Notes: a model not told the origin generated them from the sequence alone. DNA of 64,000 bases from Bacteroidota bacterium (GCA_018267915.1 JAFDXN010000059.1:4655-68654); one strand, 5' to 3'; positions 9,755 to 21,341 are shown, numbered from the stretch's first letter. Program-made: numbers and translations.

Positions 9755-9762
9755 TACCTTTG
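9755..9762 (+). promoter_or_regulatory. -7 promoter box (TACCTTTG) upstream of icmF
   Basis: Match to TAnnTTTG, 84 nt upstream of ATG 9846. Confidence 0.45.
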
Positions 9763-9845
9763 CACTCCGGTCGCGGCCATTTTCATCGCTGCTGTTTTAG
9801 CACATGGCCGAAAGAGAAAACCGGTAAGAAAATTTGTCTTTATTT

Positions 9846-12800
9846 ATGTCTTATTCCCACAAGAACAAGATCAGGATAGTAACTGCAGCCTCATTATTCG
9901 ACGGGCACGATGCATCTATCAATATAATGCGTAGGGTGATGCAAAGCAGTGGCGCCGAGGTGATACACCTGGGCCACGACAGGAGCGTACAGGAAGTAGT
10001 GGACTGTGCGATACAGGAGGATGCCAATGCTATCGCTATTACTTCTTACCAGGGCGGCCACGTGGAGTACTTTAAGTACATGTATGACCTGTTGAAGGAG
10101 CGTGGCTGCGGGCACATCAAAATATTTGGTGGCGGCGGCGGTGTGATATTACCAGCAGAAATAGAAGAGCTTCACAAATATGGCATTACCCGCATCTATT
10201 CCCCCGACGATGGCCGTGCTATGGGTCTGCAGGGCATGATAGACGACCTGCTGCAAAAGAGCGACTACCCCGTGGGTAACCAACTGAACGGTGAAGTGGG
10301 CCACCTGCATGATAAAGATGCCAAATCCATTGCACGCCTGATATCAGCTACAGAAAATTATCACGACTTGCCTGAGACGCAGGCCATGTTGAAAAAGATC
10401 ACGGAGTTGGGCGCCAAATCGAAGACGCCCGTATTGGGCATCACAGGCACAGGGGGTGCCGGCAAGAGTTCGCTTGTGGATGAAATAGTGCGCCGTTTCC
10501 TGCTCGATTTTAAGGATAAGAACATCGGTATTATATCTGTTGATCCTTCGAAGAAAAAGACAGGAGGTGCCTTGCTGGGCGACAGGATCCGCATGAACGC
10601 TATCCGCAACCCGCGTGTGTTCATGCGCTCGATGGCTACCAGGCAGAGCAACCTGGCGGTGTCCAAATATGTGCAGGATGCGGTGAATATCTTGAAGGCG
10701 GCTGAGTACGATCTCATCATCCTTGAGACATCAGGTATTGGCCAGAGCGATACACAAATAACCGACTACAGCGACCTGAGCATGTATGTGATGACGCCGG
10801 AATACGGCGCCGCCACACAACTGGAGAAGATAGACATGCTGGACTTCGCGGACATCGTAGTCATCAATAAGTTTGACAAGCGCGGCGCTATGGATGCACT
10901 GCGCGATGTGAAAAAGCAATACCAGCGCAACCAGAAGCTTTTCGATAAGAAACCAGACGATATGCCTGTTTTCGGCACCATCGCTTCGCAGTTCAATGAC
11001 CCCGGCACGAATACGATGTACCGCTCATTGATGGACATCATAGCAAGGAAGACAGGCGCTAAGCTGGAATCTCATTTCGAGACCAGCAACGAAATGAGCG
11101 AAAAGATCTACATCATTCCACCTGCACGTGTGCGCTACCTGAGCGAGATATCGGAGAACAACAGGAAATATGATAGGTGGGCCAAAGACCAGGCTGCTAT
11201 AGCACAGAAGCTCTTTGGAATTAAGAAAACCATTGAGACGCTTCAAAGCAGCGAGGTGGAGGATAAGGACAGGTTGGTGAAAACCCTGCAAGAAGTATAT
11301 GCTAAGACCGAGCTTGACCTGGACCCGAAAAACAAATACCTGCTGGAGCACTGGGAAGAAAAGAAACAGCAATACCTTGGTGAATACTATGTATATAAAG
11401 TGCGCAACAAGGAGCTGCGCATAAAAACACACACCGAGTCGCTTTCGCACACACAGATAGCTAAAGTTGCAGTGCCGAAATTTGAGGCATGGGGCGAGAT
11501 TCTGCTTTGGGCACTAAGCGAAAATTTCCCCGGGGAGTTCCCCTATGCTGCTGGCATATACCCTTTTAAGCGCGAAGGCGAGGATCCTGCGCGTATGTTC
11601 GCCGGCGAAGGTGGGCCAGAGCGCACCAACAAGCGTTTTCACTACGTATCGGCAGGAATGCCGGCCAAGCGTTTGAGCACTGCCTTCGACAGTGTTACAC
11701 TATACGGTCAAGATCCTGATCATCGCCCGGACATTTATGGCAAGGTGGGGAACTCGGGAGTGAGTGTTTGCTGTCTTGATGATGCTAAGAAGTTATACAG
11801 CGGGTTTCATCTTGCCGATCCTAAGACATCGGTATCGATGACCATAAATGGTCCGGCACCTACTATTACTGCTTTCTTTATGAATGCGGCAATAGACCAG
11901 CAGTGTGAGCTTTATATCAAGGAGCACGGACTGGAGGAAGAGGTGGGCAAAAAGATAGCGGCTATCTATGCTGACAAAGGGATCGCAAGACCCACGTACA
12001 ATCCGTCGGTATACGGTGGTGAAGCGGGTAAGCTGCCGGAGGGTAATGACGGTCTTGGGCTGATGTTGCTGGGCGTAACAGGCGATCAGGTGTTACCGGC
12101 CGATGTGTACCAAAAGATAAAGACAGAAACACTGCAAGCCGTGCGTGGAACGGTGCAGGCCGACATACTGAAAGAAGACCAGGCGCAAAATACCTGTATC
12201 TTCTCCACTGAGTTCTCCCTGCGTGTTATGGGTGATGTGCAGCAATATTTCATCGACAAAAAGGTAAGGAACTTTTACTCGGTGTCCATATCGGGCTACC
12301 ATATTGCGGAGGCAGGCGCCAATCCTATTTCGCAGCTGGCCTTTACTATAAGCAACGGGTTTACTTTCGTGGAGTACTACCTGAGCCGCGGCATGCATAT
12401 TGACGACTTTGCGCCTAACCTTTCATTCTTCTTCAGCAATGGTATAGATCCGGAATACAGCGTAATAGGCCGCGTGGCCCGCCGTATATGGGCAAAGGCT
12501 ATGAAGCTGAAGTACGGCGGCAATGAGCGTTCGCAGATGCTAAAGTACCACATACAGACGTCGGGCCGCTCCCTGCATGCGCAGGAAATTGACTTTAACG
12601 ACATACGCACTACGCTGCAGGCGCTTTATGCTATCTATGACAACTGTAACTCGCTGCATACGAATGCATATGATGAGGCAATTACAACGCCTACCGAAGA
12701 AAGCGTGCGCCGCGCCATGGCGATACAGCTGATCATCAATAAGGAACTGGGGCTGGCTAAGAATGAAAATCCGCTGCAGGGATCGTTTATCATCGAGGAA

Positions 12801-13244
12801 TTGACCGACCTGGTGGAAGAGGCGGTGCTGATGGAATTCGATCGGATCACGGAGCGGGGCGGCGTGCTGGGCGCGATGGAAACCATGTACCAGCGCAGTA
12901 AGATACAGGAAGAAAGCCTATACTACGAAACATTGAAGCATACCGGTGAGTTCCCGATAATTGGGGTAAATACCTTCCTGAGCTCAAAAGGCTCACCAAC
13001 CGTCATTCCGCAAGAGGTGATCCGTTCTACAACGGAAGAGAAGGAATTCCAGATACAAACCGTGCAAAACCTGTGGAAGCGCAGCGGTGAGAAGGGACAG
13101 GAAATGTTGAAGAAGCTGCAGCAGGTGGCGGTGAATAACGGGAATATTTTCGAAGAGCTCATAGAAACCGTAAAGTATTGCTCGCTGGGGCAAATAACCA
13201 GGGCGCTCTTCGAAGTGGGTGGTCAGTACAGGAGAAATATGTAA
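9846..13244 (+). CDS. icmF: Fused isobutyryl-CoA mutase IcmF (B12-binding domain + MeaB-like GTPase + mutase catalytic domain)
   Basis: The N-terminal Rossmann-like B12 domain ([19 protein letters not shown]) is followed by a P-loop GTGGAGKSS with NKFD, then a long methylmalonyl-CoA-mutase-like barrel. Total about 1130 aa. The track start 9834 is TTG, so ATG 9846 is preferred. Confidence 0.93.
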   Translation: MSYSHKNKIRIVTAASLFDGHDASINIMRRVMQSSGAEVIHLGHDRSVQEVVDCAIQEDANAIAITSYQGGHVEYFKYMYDLLKERGCGHIKIFGGGGGVILPAEIEELHKYGITRIYSPDDGRAMGLQGMIDDLLQKSDYPVGNQLNGEVGHLHDKDAKSIARLISATENYHDLPETQAMLKKITELGAKSKTPVLGITGTGGAGKSSLVDEIVRRFLLDFKDKNIGIISVDPSKKKTGGALLGDRIRMNAIRNPRVFMRSMATRQSNLAVSKYVQDAVNILKAAEYDLIILETSGIGQSDTQITDYSDLSMYVMTPEYGAATQLEKIDMLDFADIVVINKFDKRGAMDALRDVKKQYQRNQKLFDKKPDDMPVFGTIASQFNDPGTNTMYRSLMDIIARKTGAKLESHFETSNEMSEKIYIIPPARVRYLSEISENNRKYDRWAKDQAAIAQKLFGIKKTIETLQSSEVEDKDRLVKTLQEVYAKTELDLDPKNKYLLEHWEEKKQQYLGEYYVYKVRNKELRIKTHTESLSHTQIAKVAVPKFEAWGEILLWALSENFPGEFPYAAGIYPFKREGEDPARMFAGEGGPERTNKRFHYVSAGMPAKRLSTAFDSVTLYGQDPDHRPDIYGKVGNSGVSVCCLDDAKKLYSGFHLADPKTSVSMTINGPAPTITAFFMNAAIDQQCELYIKEHGLEEEVGKKIAAIYADKGIARPTYNPSVYGGEAGKLPEGNDGLGLMLLGVTGDQVLPADVYQKIKTETLQAVRGTVQADILKEDQAQNTCIFSTEFSLRVMGDVQQYFIDKKVRNFYSVSISGYHIAEAGANPISQLAFTISNGFTFVEYYLSRGMHIDDFAPNLSFFFSNGIDPEYSVIGRVARRIWAKAMKLKYGGNERSQMLKYHIQTSGRSLHAQEIDFNDIRTTLQALYAIYDNCNSLHTNAYDEAITTPTEESVRRAMAIQLIINKELGLAKNENPLQGSFIIEELTDLVEEAVLMEFDRITERGGVLGAMETMYQRSKIQEESLYYETLKHTGEFPIIGVNTFLSSKGSPTVIPQEVIRSTTEEKEFQIQTVQNLWKRSGEKGQEMLKKLQQVAVNNGNIFEELIETVKYCSLGQITRALFEVGGQYRRNM

Positions 13245-13266
13245 GCCATTTAATGATTTTTTCCCG

Positions 13267-13299
13267 ATCGGCACGCCTATGCGTGCCGATTTCTTTTTT
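13267..13299 (+). terminator. Rho-independent terminator after icmF
   Basis: Perfect 10-bp stem atcggcacgc/gcgtgccgat with loop ctat, then TTCTTTTTT. It lies inside the N-terminal extension of ORF 13178. Confidence 0.8.
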
Positions 13300-13333
13300 G
13301 GCGGGTATGATTTTTTTAGCCCCAAATGGATAC

Positions 13334-16300
13334 ATGCGCAAGGCTCTGAAAATCACAGGTTATGTATTAGGCAGCATTCTGTTGTTGCTGATACTTGTTG
13401 TGGTATTACTGAACACGCCATATGGAAAGAACTTCGTGAAAAACAGGGCGGTAGCGTTTCTGAGAGGCAAGCTGAAAACTGAAGTGTATGTTGGGGAATT
13501 AGGATATGGATTGCCCAAAATGGTGGTGCTGAAAGACGTAGTGTTCAAAGACCAGGCGAAGGATACCCTGCTTGCGGCCAGGGAGCTTAGGGTGGATATT
13601 GATATGCTGAAGCTCTTCAAGAAGCAAGTGGACATCAGGCAAATTCACCTGGCGGGCATACATGCCCATGTGTACCGCGACGCGCCTGATACCAATTTCA
13701 ACTACAGTTATATTATCACGGCCTTTACCGGGAACACTCCCAAAACTGAAAAGAAGGAAGCGGTGAAGGACACCAGTTCGGCGCCAATGGTAATTGATCT
13801 AAACAGGCTGGTACTCGACGATATCCACATCCGTTTCGACGATTATACCGGCGGCACGCGACTAGCCCTCGACCTGGACAAGCTGGACCTGCGCATGCGA
13901 AAAATGGATCTCGACAGTATGGATTTCAGGCTGAAGGAACTGGCAGTGGCCGGGCTAAAAACGACATTCCTGCAAGACAGTTCGCTGCTTCCCCCAAAGC
14001 CGGATACGAGTACCAAACCAACGCAATTCCGGTTGGTAGCGGACGATATCAGGCTCGATAACGTTTCCGTACATTATGGCAATAGCCAGAACAAAATGTT
14101 GTTCGACCTTCGGCTTGGAGAATTGCAGGCAAGAGCACGCCGGTTTGACCTTGCGAAGCAGGAGATAGAAATAGACAAATTCATGCTGGACAGCACTGAT
14201 AGCAGGATCGTTATCGGCAAAAATTCCTATATCCCGGCAAAGGTAGACACGATCACGGATACGCTTCCTCAAAGCAATTGGCACCTGGTTGCAAAAGACC
14301 TGGCACTGAACGAGATCAATTTCGCTTTTGACAATGAGAACCTGCCGAAGCAGTCGTCAGGTATCGATTACGGGCATCTTGCGGCGACGAAACTCAGGCT
14401 GGAAGCGCAGGACGTGCTCTTTACGGACGACACCCTAAACGGGAATATCAAACACCTGGCCGTATCTGAGAAAAGTGGCTTCGACCTTTACGAACTTCAC
14501 ACGCAATTTGCATATAACCCGAAAGGTGCATCCTTGAAAGGCCTTTATGTGCAAACGCCCTACACATTGCTGCAAGACTATGTACAGGTCGCCTACCCTT
14601 CGTTAGATGCCCTGAAAACCAACATGGCCTCCATGATGTTAGCCGTCAACCTGAAAAACAGCATTATCGGAATACATGATATCCTTCTTTTCGCGCCACA
14701 GTTGGAAAAGCAGGAGGTTCTAAGAAAGAACAGGAATGGAAGACTAAGGCTGGATGCCGCCTTATATGGTTACGTTAATGCTATCGACATCAGAACGTTT
14801 ACCGTGGCGGGTCTCGGTAGTACAGAGATCGACTTGTCGGGCAAATTGAACGGACTACCGGATGCAAATAAACTGAGCTATAACCTGAGCATAGCAAAAT
14901 TCAGGTCGTCGCGAAATGACATTGCCGGTTTTCTGCCGCCTGCAACACAAAAGCAATTGCAACTCCCTGAGCGTTTTGGTATAAGCGGCACGTTGGCGGG
15001 AACCGCAAAGGATTACTATCCAAAGCTGGTGTTCATGAGCACAGACGGCAATGCCGTGCTGAACGGTTACGTGAAAATGTCGACAGGGAAAGGCAGGGAG
15101 CGGTACGATATGCATGTAAAAACAGCGCAACTGAACATGGGCCATATCCTGAGGGATACCACTCTGGGCCCTGTGACGGCAGATATAACGGCAAAAGGAC
15201 AAGGCTTTGATGTGAAAACAATGACGGCGGCTGTGGATGGAGCAGTACAGGGAGCCTACTATAAAGGTTACACCTACAGCAATATAAAGCTGAACGCAAA
15301 AGTAGCGGCGCGTGTGGCGGATGTGAAGCTTAATTCGAACGATCCCAATGCGAAATTATCGCTTGACGCACATGCAGACATGCGCGAAAAATATACCGCA
15401 GTAAAGGGCATCTTGCAGATGGACAGTGTGGATTTCCACGCACTTAAATTATATAAGACGGCGCTTCGCACGCACGGCACTATCGATATTGATTTTCCGA
15501 AATTAGATCCTGATTATCCTGAAGGGGTGCTTGTGTGGAAGGACGCGGTGATAGCTACCGACAGCCTCAGATATGCCACAGATAGCCTGTATGTCTCTTC
15601 AAAGCCCAGCCCGGACACAGGGCAGAATATCGTAGTGAATTTCGATGCGCTGCAAGCTCATATTACCGGCAAAACCCCGCTTACAAAAGTGGGAGATATA
15701 GTGCAGGAGAATATCAACCGGCACTATATGGGCACAGATACCACCAAGGGCCTGGCGGCAATGAAACATAGCGTGAACAAAGATTCGATGCCTGCCCAGT
15801 ACGATCTGAAAATGGTAGCTAGCTTGAGCGACAGACCAATACTTCACGGAATATTGCCGGACCTGAAGTCGCTGGACACAGTGCACATAGACGGCGAGCT
15901 TACACAAAAGATACTGGTGCTGAACATACTGATGCCGCAAGTGGTGTATGGTAGCAATTCGATAGAGAAAGCTGAAGCGCATGTGAACGGATCGGACTCA
16001 GCCTTCACTTACGCAGTAACAGCCGACAAGATCAGTACGGGTAGTATGCAATTTTTGTATTCCAAAGCAAGCGGCAACGTTGCGCCTCATGGGCTAACTA
16101 CAAATATCACCGTCTCCGACTCCGCAAAAAAGGAACGTTTTGCGCTCGCTGCCTCAATGCAGCAGCAGGGCGATACCCAGGTGATACAATTGCAGCCGGG
16201 CCTGAAACTGAACTATACCGATTGGGCAGTGGCTCAGACTAATCGTATCGCTTTGGCGAAGGGTGGTATGTATGTACAAAACTTCAGCATTAGTAATGGC

Positions 16301-18388
16301 GGCCAGTACCTGAAGATGAACAGCGATCGGCCTGCGCTGAATGCACCATTGAAAGTAGACATAAGCAATTTCCTGTTGGCAAATATTACGGAGATCATCA
16401 GTAAGGATACCGTTTTGCTGGCGAACGGTGTTCTTGGGGGCAATGTTACCCTGGAGCAGTTTCAACCCAGCCCCCAAATAACCAGCGCTCTCCGGATAGA
16501 TAACTTATCCGTGCTGGGCGACACCGTAGGCAACCTTAAGATAGACGTTAACAATAAAACCGCGAATGCCATCGATGCGAAGGTGACTGTCGACGGTCAT
16601 GGCAACGATGTAGCTATCGCTGGATTTTACTATACCAAACCTGTGAATGGAAACAGCTTTGACATGAAACTGGATATGAAGGCGCTGAACCTGCGGAGCA
16701 TAGAAGGGCTTACCGGTAATGCTATAAAAAGCAGCTCGGGTTTTTTAAGAGGTCAGCTTACAGTGCGTGGCATGGCGGATGCTCCGGTGGTGATAGGAGA
16801 AATACATACCGATAATGTTGCAACAACTGTAAGCATGCTGAATGCATTCTACAGGTTGCCGGACGAAAAGATCGTGTTCACAGAACAAGGTCCGAATTTC
16901 GCGAATTTTAAAATATTGGATAGTGCTGGTAACCAGGCGGTGCTTAACGGAAAGATCGTTACCAGGAATTACCGCGACATGGAGATGGCCCTGAATGTGA
17001 ACGCTAATAATTGGCGGGCAGTACACTCGACGGCACAAAACAATAAATTATTCTACGGCGACCTTTATCTATCCACCAACCTGAACATAAACGGCACACC
17101 TGTAAAGCCTCAGATCGACGGCAATTTGAACGTATTGAAAAACACTAAGTTCGTAGTCGCCGTTCCTAAAACCGATCCGGGCCTTGAGAGCGCGCAAGGC
17201 ATTGTAAGGTTCGTGGATATGGACGATACCAACCACAAGCCCGTTCTGCAACCCCTTCCGAAGGACTCTATAAAGAAGCTCGGGCTATCGCCGGGGTCAA
17301 ATGTGAACGTAAATCTGAATGTAGATAAGGATGCGGAACTAAGTGTGATAATAGACCAGGCGAGTGGCGATTTTATTAAAGTGCGTGGCGTCGCATCGCT
17401 TAACACGTCAGTTGACCCGGCGGGTAACCTGGCGGTCACCGGGACTTACGAATTGAATGAAGGCGCGTACCAGTTCAACTATAATTTCGTTAAACGCAGG
17501 TTCGATATACAGAAAGGAAGCATTATCACGATGGCCGGTGACCCGATGCGCGCACAGATGGACATAACTGCAGTATATAATGCTAATATACCGGCATACG
17601 ACCTCGTTCAGAACCAGGTGCCTGATCCCTCGCAGCTCAACTACTATAAAGAACGATTGCCTTTCCAGGTATTGCTGAAGCTTAAAGGCAGGATCATGAA
17701 GCCGGATATTTCCTTCGATATTGTGTTGCCGGAGGGGAAGTCTTATCGCCTGGCCTTCGACCAGGTGGAATTAGTACGGGCGAAACTGGCGCAGGTGCGT
17801 ATGGATACGTCAGAATTGAACAAACAGGTTTTTGCCGTATTGATACTAAACAGGTTCGTATCGGAAAACATACTTTCTTCGGGTGCCGGTAGCTCCGTAA
17901 GCAGTATTGCCCGCCAGAGTGTGAGCCGTTTTATCGGCGAACAACTCAACCAGTTTGCTAATGGCTTGATAAAAGGTATAGACTTGTCCGTAGACCTGGC
18001 CACATCTGACGATTATACAACAGGGGAGCAACGAAATCGTACCGACCTGAATCTCGCTGCTTCCAAACGTTTGTTCAACGACCGGCTCAAGGTAACAGTA
18101 GGCAATAACTTTGAACTAGAAGGCCCGCAAACGCAAAGGAATTCGCAGGGATCCAGCTATATCCCCGGTAACCTTGCAGCGGATTACAACCTGACGCAGG
18201 ACGGCCGCTATGTGACGCGTATTTACCGGCAAGACCAGGACGAAGGTGTGCTTGAGGGTTATGTTACAGAGACGGGTGTCAACTTTATAGTTAGTCTCGA
18301 TTACAATCGCTTCAAATATATTTTTAAACGCAGGAGACCAAAGGGCAATGCGCTCCCAAAAGTTACGGATACAACAAATAAGAAATGA
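13334..18388 (+). CDS. tamB: Translocation and assembly module protein TamB-like (AsmA-like/DUF490 giant periplasm-spanning protein)
   Basis: About 1684 aa. A single N-terminal TM anchor (ITGYVLGSILLLLILVVVLL), a long beta-rich body, and a 4-nt overlap (ATGA) with the downstream Omp85 gene. Start moved to ATG 13334 because the icmF terminator lies upstream of it. Confidence 0.8.
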   Translation: MRKALKITGYVLGSILLLLILVVVLLNTPYGKNFVKNRAVAFLRGKLKTEVYVGELGYGLPKMVVLKDVVFKDQAKDTLLAARELRVDIDMLKLFKKQVDIRQIHLAGIHAHVYRDAPDTNFNYSYIITAFTGNTPKTEKKEAVKDTSSAPMVIDLNRLVLDDIHIRFDDYTGGTRLALDLDKLDLRMRKMDLDSMDFRLKELAVAGLKTTFLQDSSLLPPKPDTSTKPTQFRLVADDIRLDNVSVHYGNSQNKMLFDLRLGELQARARRFDLAKQEIEIDKFMLDSTDSRIVIGKNSYIPAKVDTITDTLPQSNWHLVAKDLALNEINFAFDNENLPKQSSGIDYGHLAATKLRLEAQDVLFTDDTLNGNIKHLAVSEKSGFDLYELHTQFAYNPKGASLKGLYVQTPYTLLQDYVQVAYPSLDALKTNMASMMLAVNLKNSIIGIHDILLFAPQLEKQEVLRKNRNGRLRLDAALYGYVNAIDIRTFTVAGLGSTEIDLSGKLNGLPDANKLSYNLSIAKFRSSRNDIAGFLPPATQKQLQLPERFGISGTLAGTAKDYYPKLVFMSTDGNAVLNGYVKMSTGKGRERYDMHVKTAQLNMGHILRDTTLGPVTADITAKGQGFDVKTMTAAVDGAVQGAYYKGYTYSNIKLNAKVAARVADVKLNSNDPNAKLSLDAHADMREKYTAVKGILQMDSVDFHALKLYKTALRTHGTIDIDFPKLDPDYPEGVLVWKDAVIATDSLRYATDSLYVSSKPSPDTGQNIVVNFDALQAHITGKTPLTKVGDIVQENINRHYMGTDTTKGLAAMKHSVNKDSMPAQYDLKMVASLSDRPILHGILPDLKSLDTVHIDGELTQKILVLNILMPQVVYGSNSIEKAEAHVNGSDSAFTYAVTADKISTGSMQFLYSKASGNVAPHGLTTNITVSDSAKKERFALAASMQQQGDTQVIQLQPGLKLNYTDWAVAQTNRIALAKGGMYVQNFSISNGGQYLKMNSDRPALNAPLKVDISNFLLANITEIISKDTVLLANGVLGGNVTLEQFQPSPQITSALRIDNLSVLGDTVGNLKIDVNNKTANAIDAKVTVDGHGNDVAIAGFYYTKPVNGNSFDMKLDMKALNLRSIEGLTGNAIKSSSGFLRGQLTVRGMADAPVVIGEIHTDNVATTVSMLNAFYRLPDEKIVFTEQGPNFANFKILDSAGNQAVLNGKIVTRNYRDMEMALNVNANNWRAVHSTAQNNKLFYGDLYLSTNLNINGTPVKPQIDGNLNVLKNTKFVVAVPKTDPGLESAQGIVRFVDMDDTNHKPVLQPLPKDSIKKLGLSPGSNVNVNLNVDKDAELSVIIDQASGDFIKVRGVASLNTSVDPAGNLAVTGTYELNEGAYQFNYNFVKRRFDIQKGSIITMAGDPMRAQMDITAVYNANIPAYDLVQNQVPDPSQLNYYKERLPFQVLLKLKGRIMKPDISFDIVLPEGKSYRLAFDQVELVRAKLAQVRMDTSELNKQVFAVLILNRFVSENILSSGAGSSVSSIARQSVSRFIGEQLNQFANGLIKGIDLSVDLATSDDYTTGEQRNRTDLNLAASKRLFNDRLKVTVGNNFELEGPQTQRNSQGSSYIPGNLAADYNLTQDGRYVTRIYRQDQDEGVLEGYVTETGVNFIVSLDYNRFKYIFKRRRPKGNALPKVTDTTNKK

Positions 18389-20664
18389 AAAGGCCAGGCT
18401 ATATACTTCTCTTATTTGCCCTGCTGGCGGGGGCCTGTAATATTACCAAAAACGTTCCCGCTGGTGACTCGCTGTTCATTGGCGGCCGGGTGCGGATAAA
18501 CGATGCAGAAGTAACAGCAAAGGAGCGAAAGGTAATGCGAAAAGATCTGCAGGGTGCCGTGCGGCCTAAACCCAATACCACACTTCTGGGCATGCGCACG
18601 AAGTTGTGGCTTTACAACCTATCGGGAACGAAGGAGCCGAAGCACAAAAAGGGATTGCGTGCCTGGCTGCGCAACACCGCAGGCGAGCCGCCGGTACTTG
18701 CCAGTAGCTTTGATGTAGAAAAGAACCGCCAGATATTTACGAACATGCTGCAAAACAGGGGTTTCTTTTATCCTGTGGTTACGGGTCATACAGAAACATC
18801 TAAAAAAAGAAAGACAAAAGCCATTTTCGATATAACGACTGGGCCGCAATATCATATACGGAAAACGATATACCCCCAGGATTCATCCCTCGTTGCAGAG
18901 GATATCAGAAAGCTGCAGGACAAAACACTGCTGAAAGAAGACCAGCCTTATAACCTGGACCTTATCAAAGGAGAGCGGGAACGCATCGATCGCGGTCTTA
19001 AGGAGGTGGGCTATTACTATTTTACGCCCGATTATATCCTGGTAAAAGCCGATACAAACCAGGGAAACCACAAGGTGGATCTCTACGTAACCGTAAAAGA
19101 CAGTGTTCCTTACCAGGCATTTAATATCTATGACATCGGCAAGGTGTACATTTATCCGAATTACAGGATACGGGGAAAAGCGGAAGATACCAGTAAGGAA
19201 AGTGCTGTAAGCTATGAAGGCTATAACCTTATAGACCCGCACCATACCTACAGGCCTATCGTGTTTACACAAGCAATGCAATTCAAGCCGGGGGAAGAAT
19301 ATAACAGGCGCGATCAGAACAGGTCGCTTAACCGGTTGGTGAGCCTCAACACCTTTAAATTTGTAAAGAACCGGTTCGATGCCGTTAATGACTCTGTATT
19401 GGATGTCTATTATTACCTGACACCCTTCCCAAAGAAATCGCTGCAATTCCAGGTGGGCGGCCTCACGCAAAACGACAGCAGGTATGGGTCGAATGCTAGC
19501 ATCACCTGGAGGAATCGCAATACCTTTAAAGGTGCAGAAGAGCTGCGGATAAAACTGGGTGCCGGCTTTGAAACCCAGTATGCAGGCTCATCCAGCCGCC
19601 CGAATATATATCATGGCGATGCAGAGGTGAGCACGGTGATCCCCCGCTTTGTGATCCCATTCACGCACATCAGGGGCTCAAGCTATTACATACCCCGAAC
19701 GTACATAAAGGCGGGTTACAGTTATGAGTCCCAGTCGAACCTGCTAACCATCAACTCCTATAAATTCTCTTATGGTTATAACTGGAAAGACGACATCAGG
19801 AAAGACCATCAGCTATACCCCATCAATTTTACATACGTGCAAACCGATACGCTGGGGCGAGAAAATCTTAATCTGTATTATGGCAATTTGCTCTTTAACG
19901 GGATTATTCTTGGTCCCACCTATGAATACACCTATAACTCGCAGGCAGGCAGGAAAAAGAAAAACAATATTTACTTCAATGGACTGATCGATCTGTCCGG
20001 CAATATCCTGGGTCTCGCTCAAAAAGCAGATTATACAGATAACCCGCAGAAATTATTCGGCAGTACCTATGCGCAATATGTGAAACTGCAGGCTGATGTA
20101 CGATACTATTACGATTTTTTCCCCGGCTTCACATGGGCTAACAGGATATTCGGCGGGGTGGGTTATCCCTATGGAAACTCTTACCAGTTGCCGAATGTAA
20201 AGCAGTTTTTCAGCGGTGGCAATAGCAGTCTCCGCGGCTTCAGGTCGCGACTGGTTGGGCCCGGTACCTTTAATGAACAATACCTTTTCGGCACCAATAA
20301 TTACATACAGACGCTTGGCGATATTAAGATAGAGGAGAACTCAGAGCTGCGTATCAAGATATACCAGTTCATCAACACAGCGCTCTTTGTTGATGCGGGA
20401 AATATTTGGTTGTACCGGGACAATCCCGATTTTCCTGGCGGCAAATTCACGTCCGACTTCTATAAAGAGCTGGCGGTGGACGTTGGTACCGGCCTACGGC
20501 TCGATTTTAAGATACTGCTCATACGGCTGGATCTTGGTATCCCTGTCCGCAAGCCATGGCTGGCCGAAAACCAACGATGGGTATTCAATCAGATAGACTT
20601 CGGCAATAACAAATGGCGGGGGGAAAATATGATATTCAACCTGGCGATCGGTTATCCGTTCTAG
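18385..20664 (+). CDS. Omp85-family outer membrane protein, lipoprotein TamL type (TamA/BamA family)
   Basis: 759 aa. Lipobox LLAGAC, POTRA-like region, bacterial surface antigen (D15) barrel, and a C-terminal beta-signal ending NLAIGYPF. Confidence 0.85.
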   Translation: MKRPGYILLLFALLAGACNITKNVPAGDSLFIGGRVRINDAEVTAKERKVMRKDLQGAVRPKPNTTLLGMRTKLWLYNLSGTKEPKHKKGLRAWLRNTAGEPPVLASSFDVEKNRQIFTNMLQNRGFFYPVVTGHTETSKKRKTKAIFDITTGPQYHIRKTIYPQDSSLVAEDIRKLQDKTLLKEDQPYNLDLIKGERERIDRGLKEVGYYYFTPDYILVKADTNQGNHKVDLYVTVKDSVPYQAFNIYDIGKVYIYPNYRIRGKAEDTSKESAVSYEGYNLIDPHHTYRPIVFTQAMQFKPGEEYNRRDQNRSLNRLVSLNTFKFVKNRFDAVNDSVLDVYYYLTPFPKKSLQFQVGGLTQNDSRYGSNASITWRNRNTFKGAEELRIKLGAGFETQYAGSSSRPNIYHGDAEVSTVIPRFVIPFTHIRGSSYYIPRTYIKAGYSYESQSNLLTINSYKFSYGYNWKDDIRKDHQLYPINFTYVQTDTLGRENLNLYYGNLLFNGIILGPTYEYTYNSQAGRKKKNNIYFNGLIDLSGNILGLAQKADYTDNPQKLFGSTYAQYVKLQADVRYYYDFFPGFTWANRIFGGVGYPYGNSYQLPNVKQFFSGGNSSLRGFRSRLVGPGTFNEQYLFGTNNYIQTLGDIKIEENSELRIKIYQFINTALFVDAGNIWLYRDNPDFPGGKFTSDFYKELAVDVGTGLRLDFKILLIRLDLGIPVRKPWLAENQRWVFNQIDFGNNKWRGENMIFNLAIGYPF

Positions 20665-20703
20665 TGATTGGTTTGGTTATTAAACTTTCGTTATTTTGTG
20701 GTA

Positions 20704-21339
20704 ATGAGCACAACAATTCTTACCCTGTTTGGTGAAGAGATCGTACCCGAGGAGATCAATGCGGTAGGGCGGGGGCGTAACTCGAAAAAGGGCAAGGAAA
20801 AGGAAGCAAAGAAAGAAGAAAAGGGAAAGGAAGCAAACCCGGTCAAATCCGCCGTTACGGAGGAAAAGCCTAAGCGCAAATTAACGAAGCTAGAGCAGTT
20901 GAAGGAGCAGGCTGCGTCAGAGGACGCTACAAGCAATCAGCCGCAGCAGGAAGAAGTGGCTTCGCAGGAGTTTTATATTGCCCCTGTTGGTAAGAACAGC
21001 ACAGAGATCCTGGAGGGTTTTAAGGGCGACAAGCAATATTATGCAATAGGCGAGGTGGCCAAACTGTTTAACGTGAAAACCTCTCACATCCGCTTTTGGA
21101 CCAACGAATTTGCCATCAAGGTGCGTACCACCCGCAAGGGCGACAGGCTATACACTCCGGCGCAGATAAAAGAAATACGCACCATTTACCACCTGGTGAA
21201 AGAACGTGGTTTCACAATAGCCGGCGCTAAGACCAGGCTAAAGGAACAGAAGAAAATGACGGGCCAGGTTGTGGATCTGAGAACTTCGTTGCTGCGGCTC
21301 CGCAATCAACTGGTCACCATTAAGAACGAACTCGCCTAA
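20704..21339 (+). CDS. MerR-family helix-turn-helix protein with Lys/Glu-rich N-terminal region
   Basis: HTH segment YYAIGEVAKLFNVKTSHIRFWTNEF...GDRLYTPAQIKEIRTIYHLVKERGFTIAGAK. ATG 20704 is preferred over the track start 20668. Confidence 0.7.
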   Translation: MSTTILTLFGEEIVPEEINAVGRGRNSKKGKEKEAKKEEKGKEANPVKSAVTEEKPKRKLTKLEQLKEQAASEDATSNQPQQEEVASQEFYIAPVGKNSTEILEGFKGDKQYYAIGEVAKLFNVKTSHIRFWTNEFAIKVRTTRKGDRLYTPAQIKEIRTIYHLVKERGFTIAGAKTRLKEQKKMTGQVVDLRTSLLRLRNQLVTIKNELA

Positions 21340-21341
21340 CT

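Noticed and set aside
9662-9845. Cobalamin riboswitch upstream of the B12-dependent icmF.
   Set aside because: The region is too short. I see none of the conserved cores (AGGGAA, GGUG-AA-UCC, GCCACUG). A covariance-model scan would be the decisive test.
13178-13333. N-terminal extensions of track ORFs: 13178 for tamB, 51965 for the M28 peptidase, 29681 for the 220-aa protein, 39093 for the L,D-transpeptidase, 31804 for the receptor, and 63777 for the M1 peptidase.
   Set aside because: The extensions contain rho-independent terminators or promoter boxes, or they overlap the neighbouring gene. An internal ATG followed directly by a signal peptide gives a better model.
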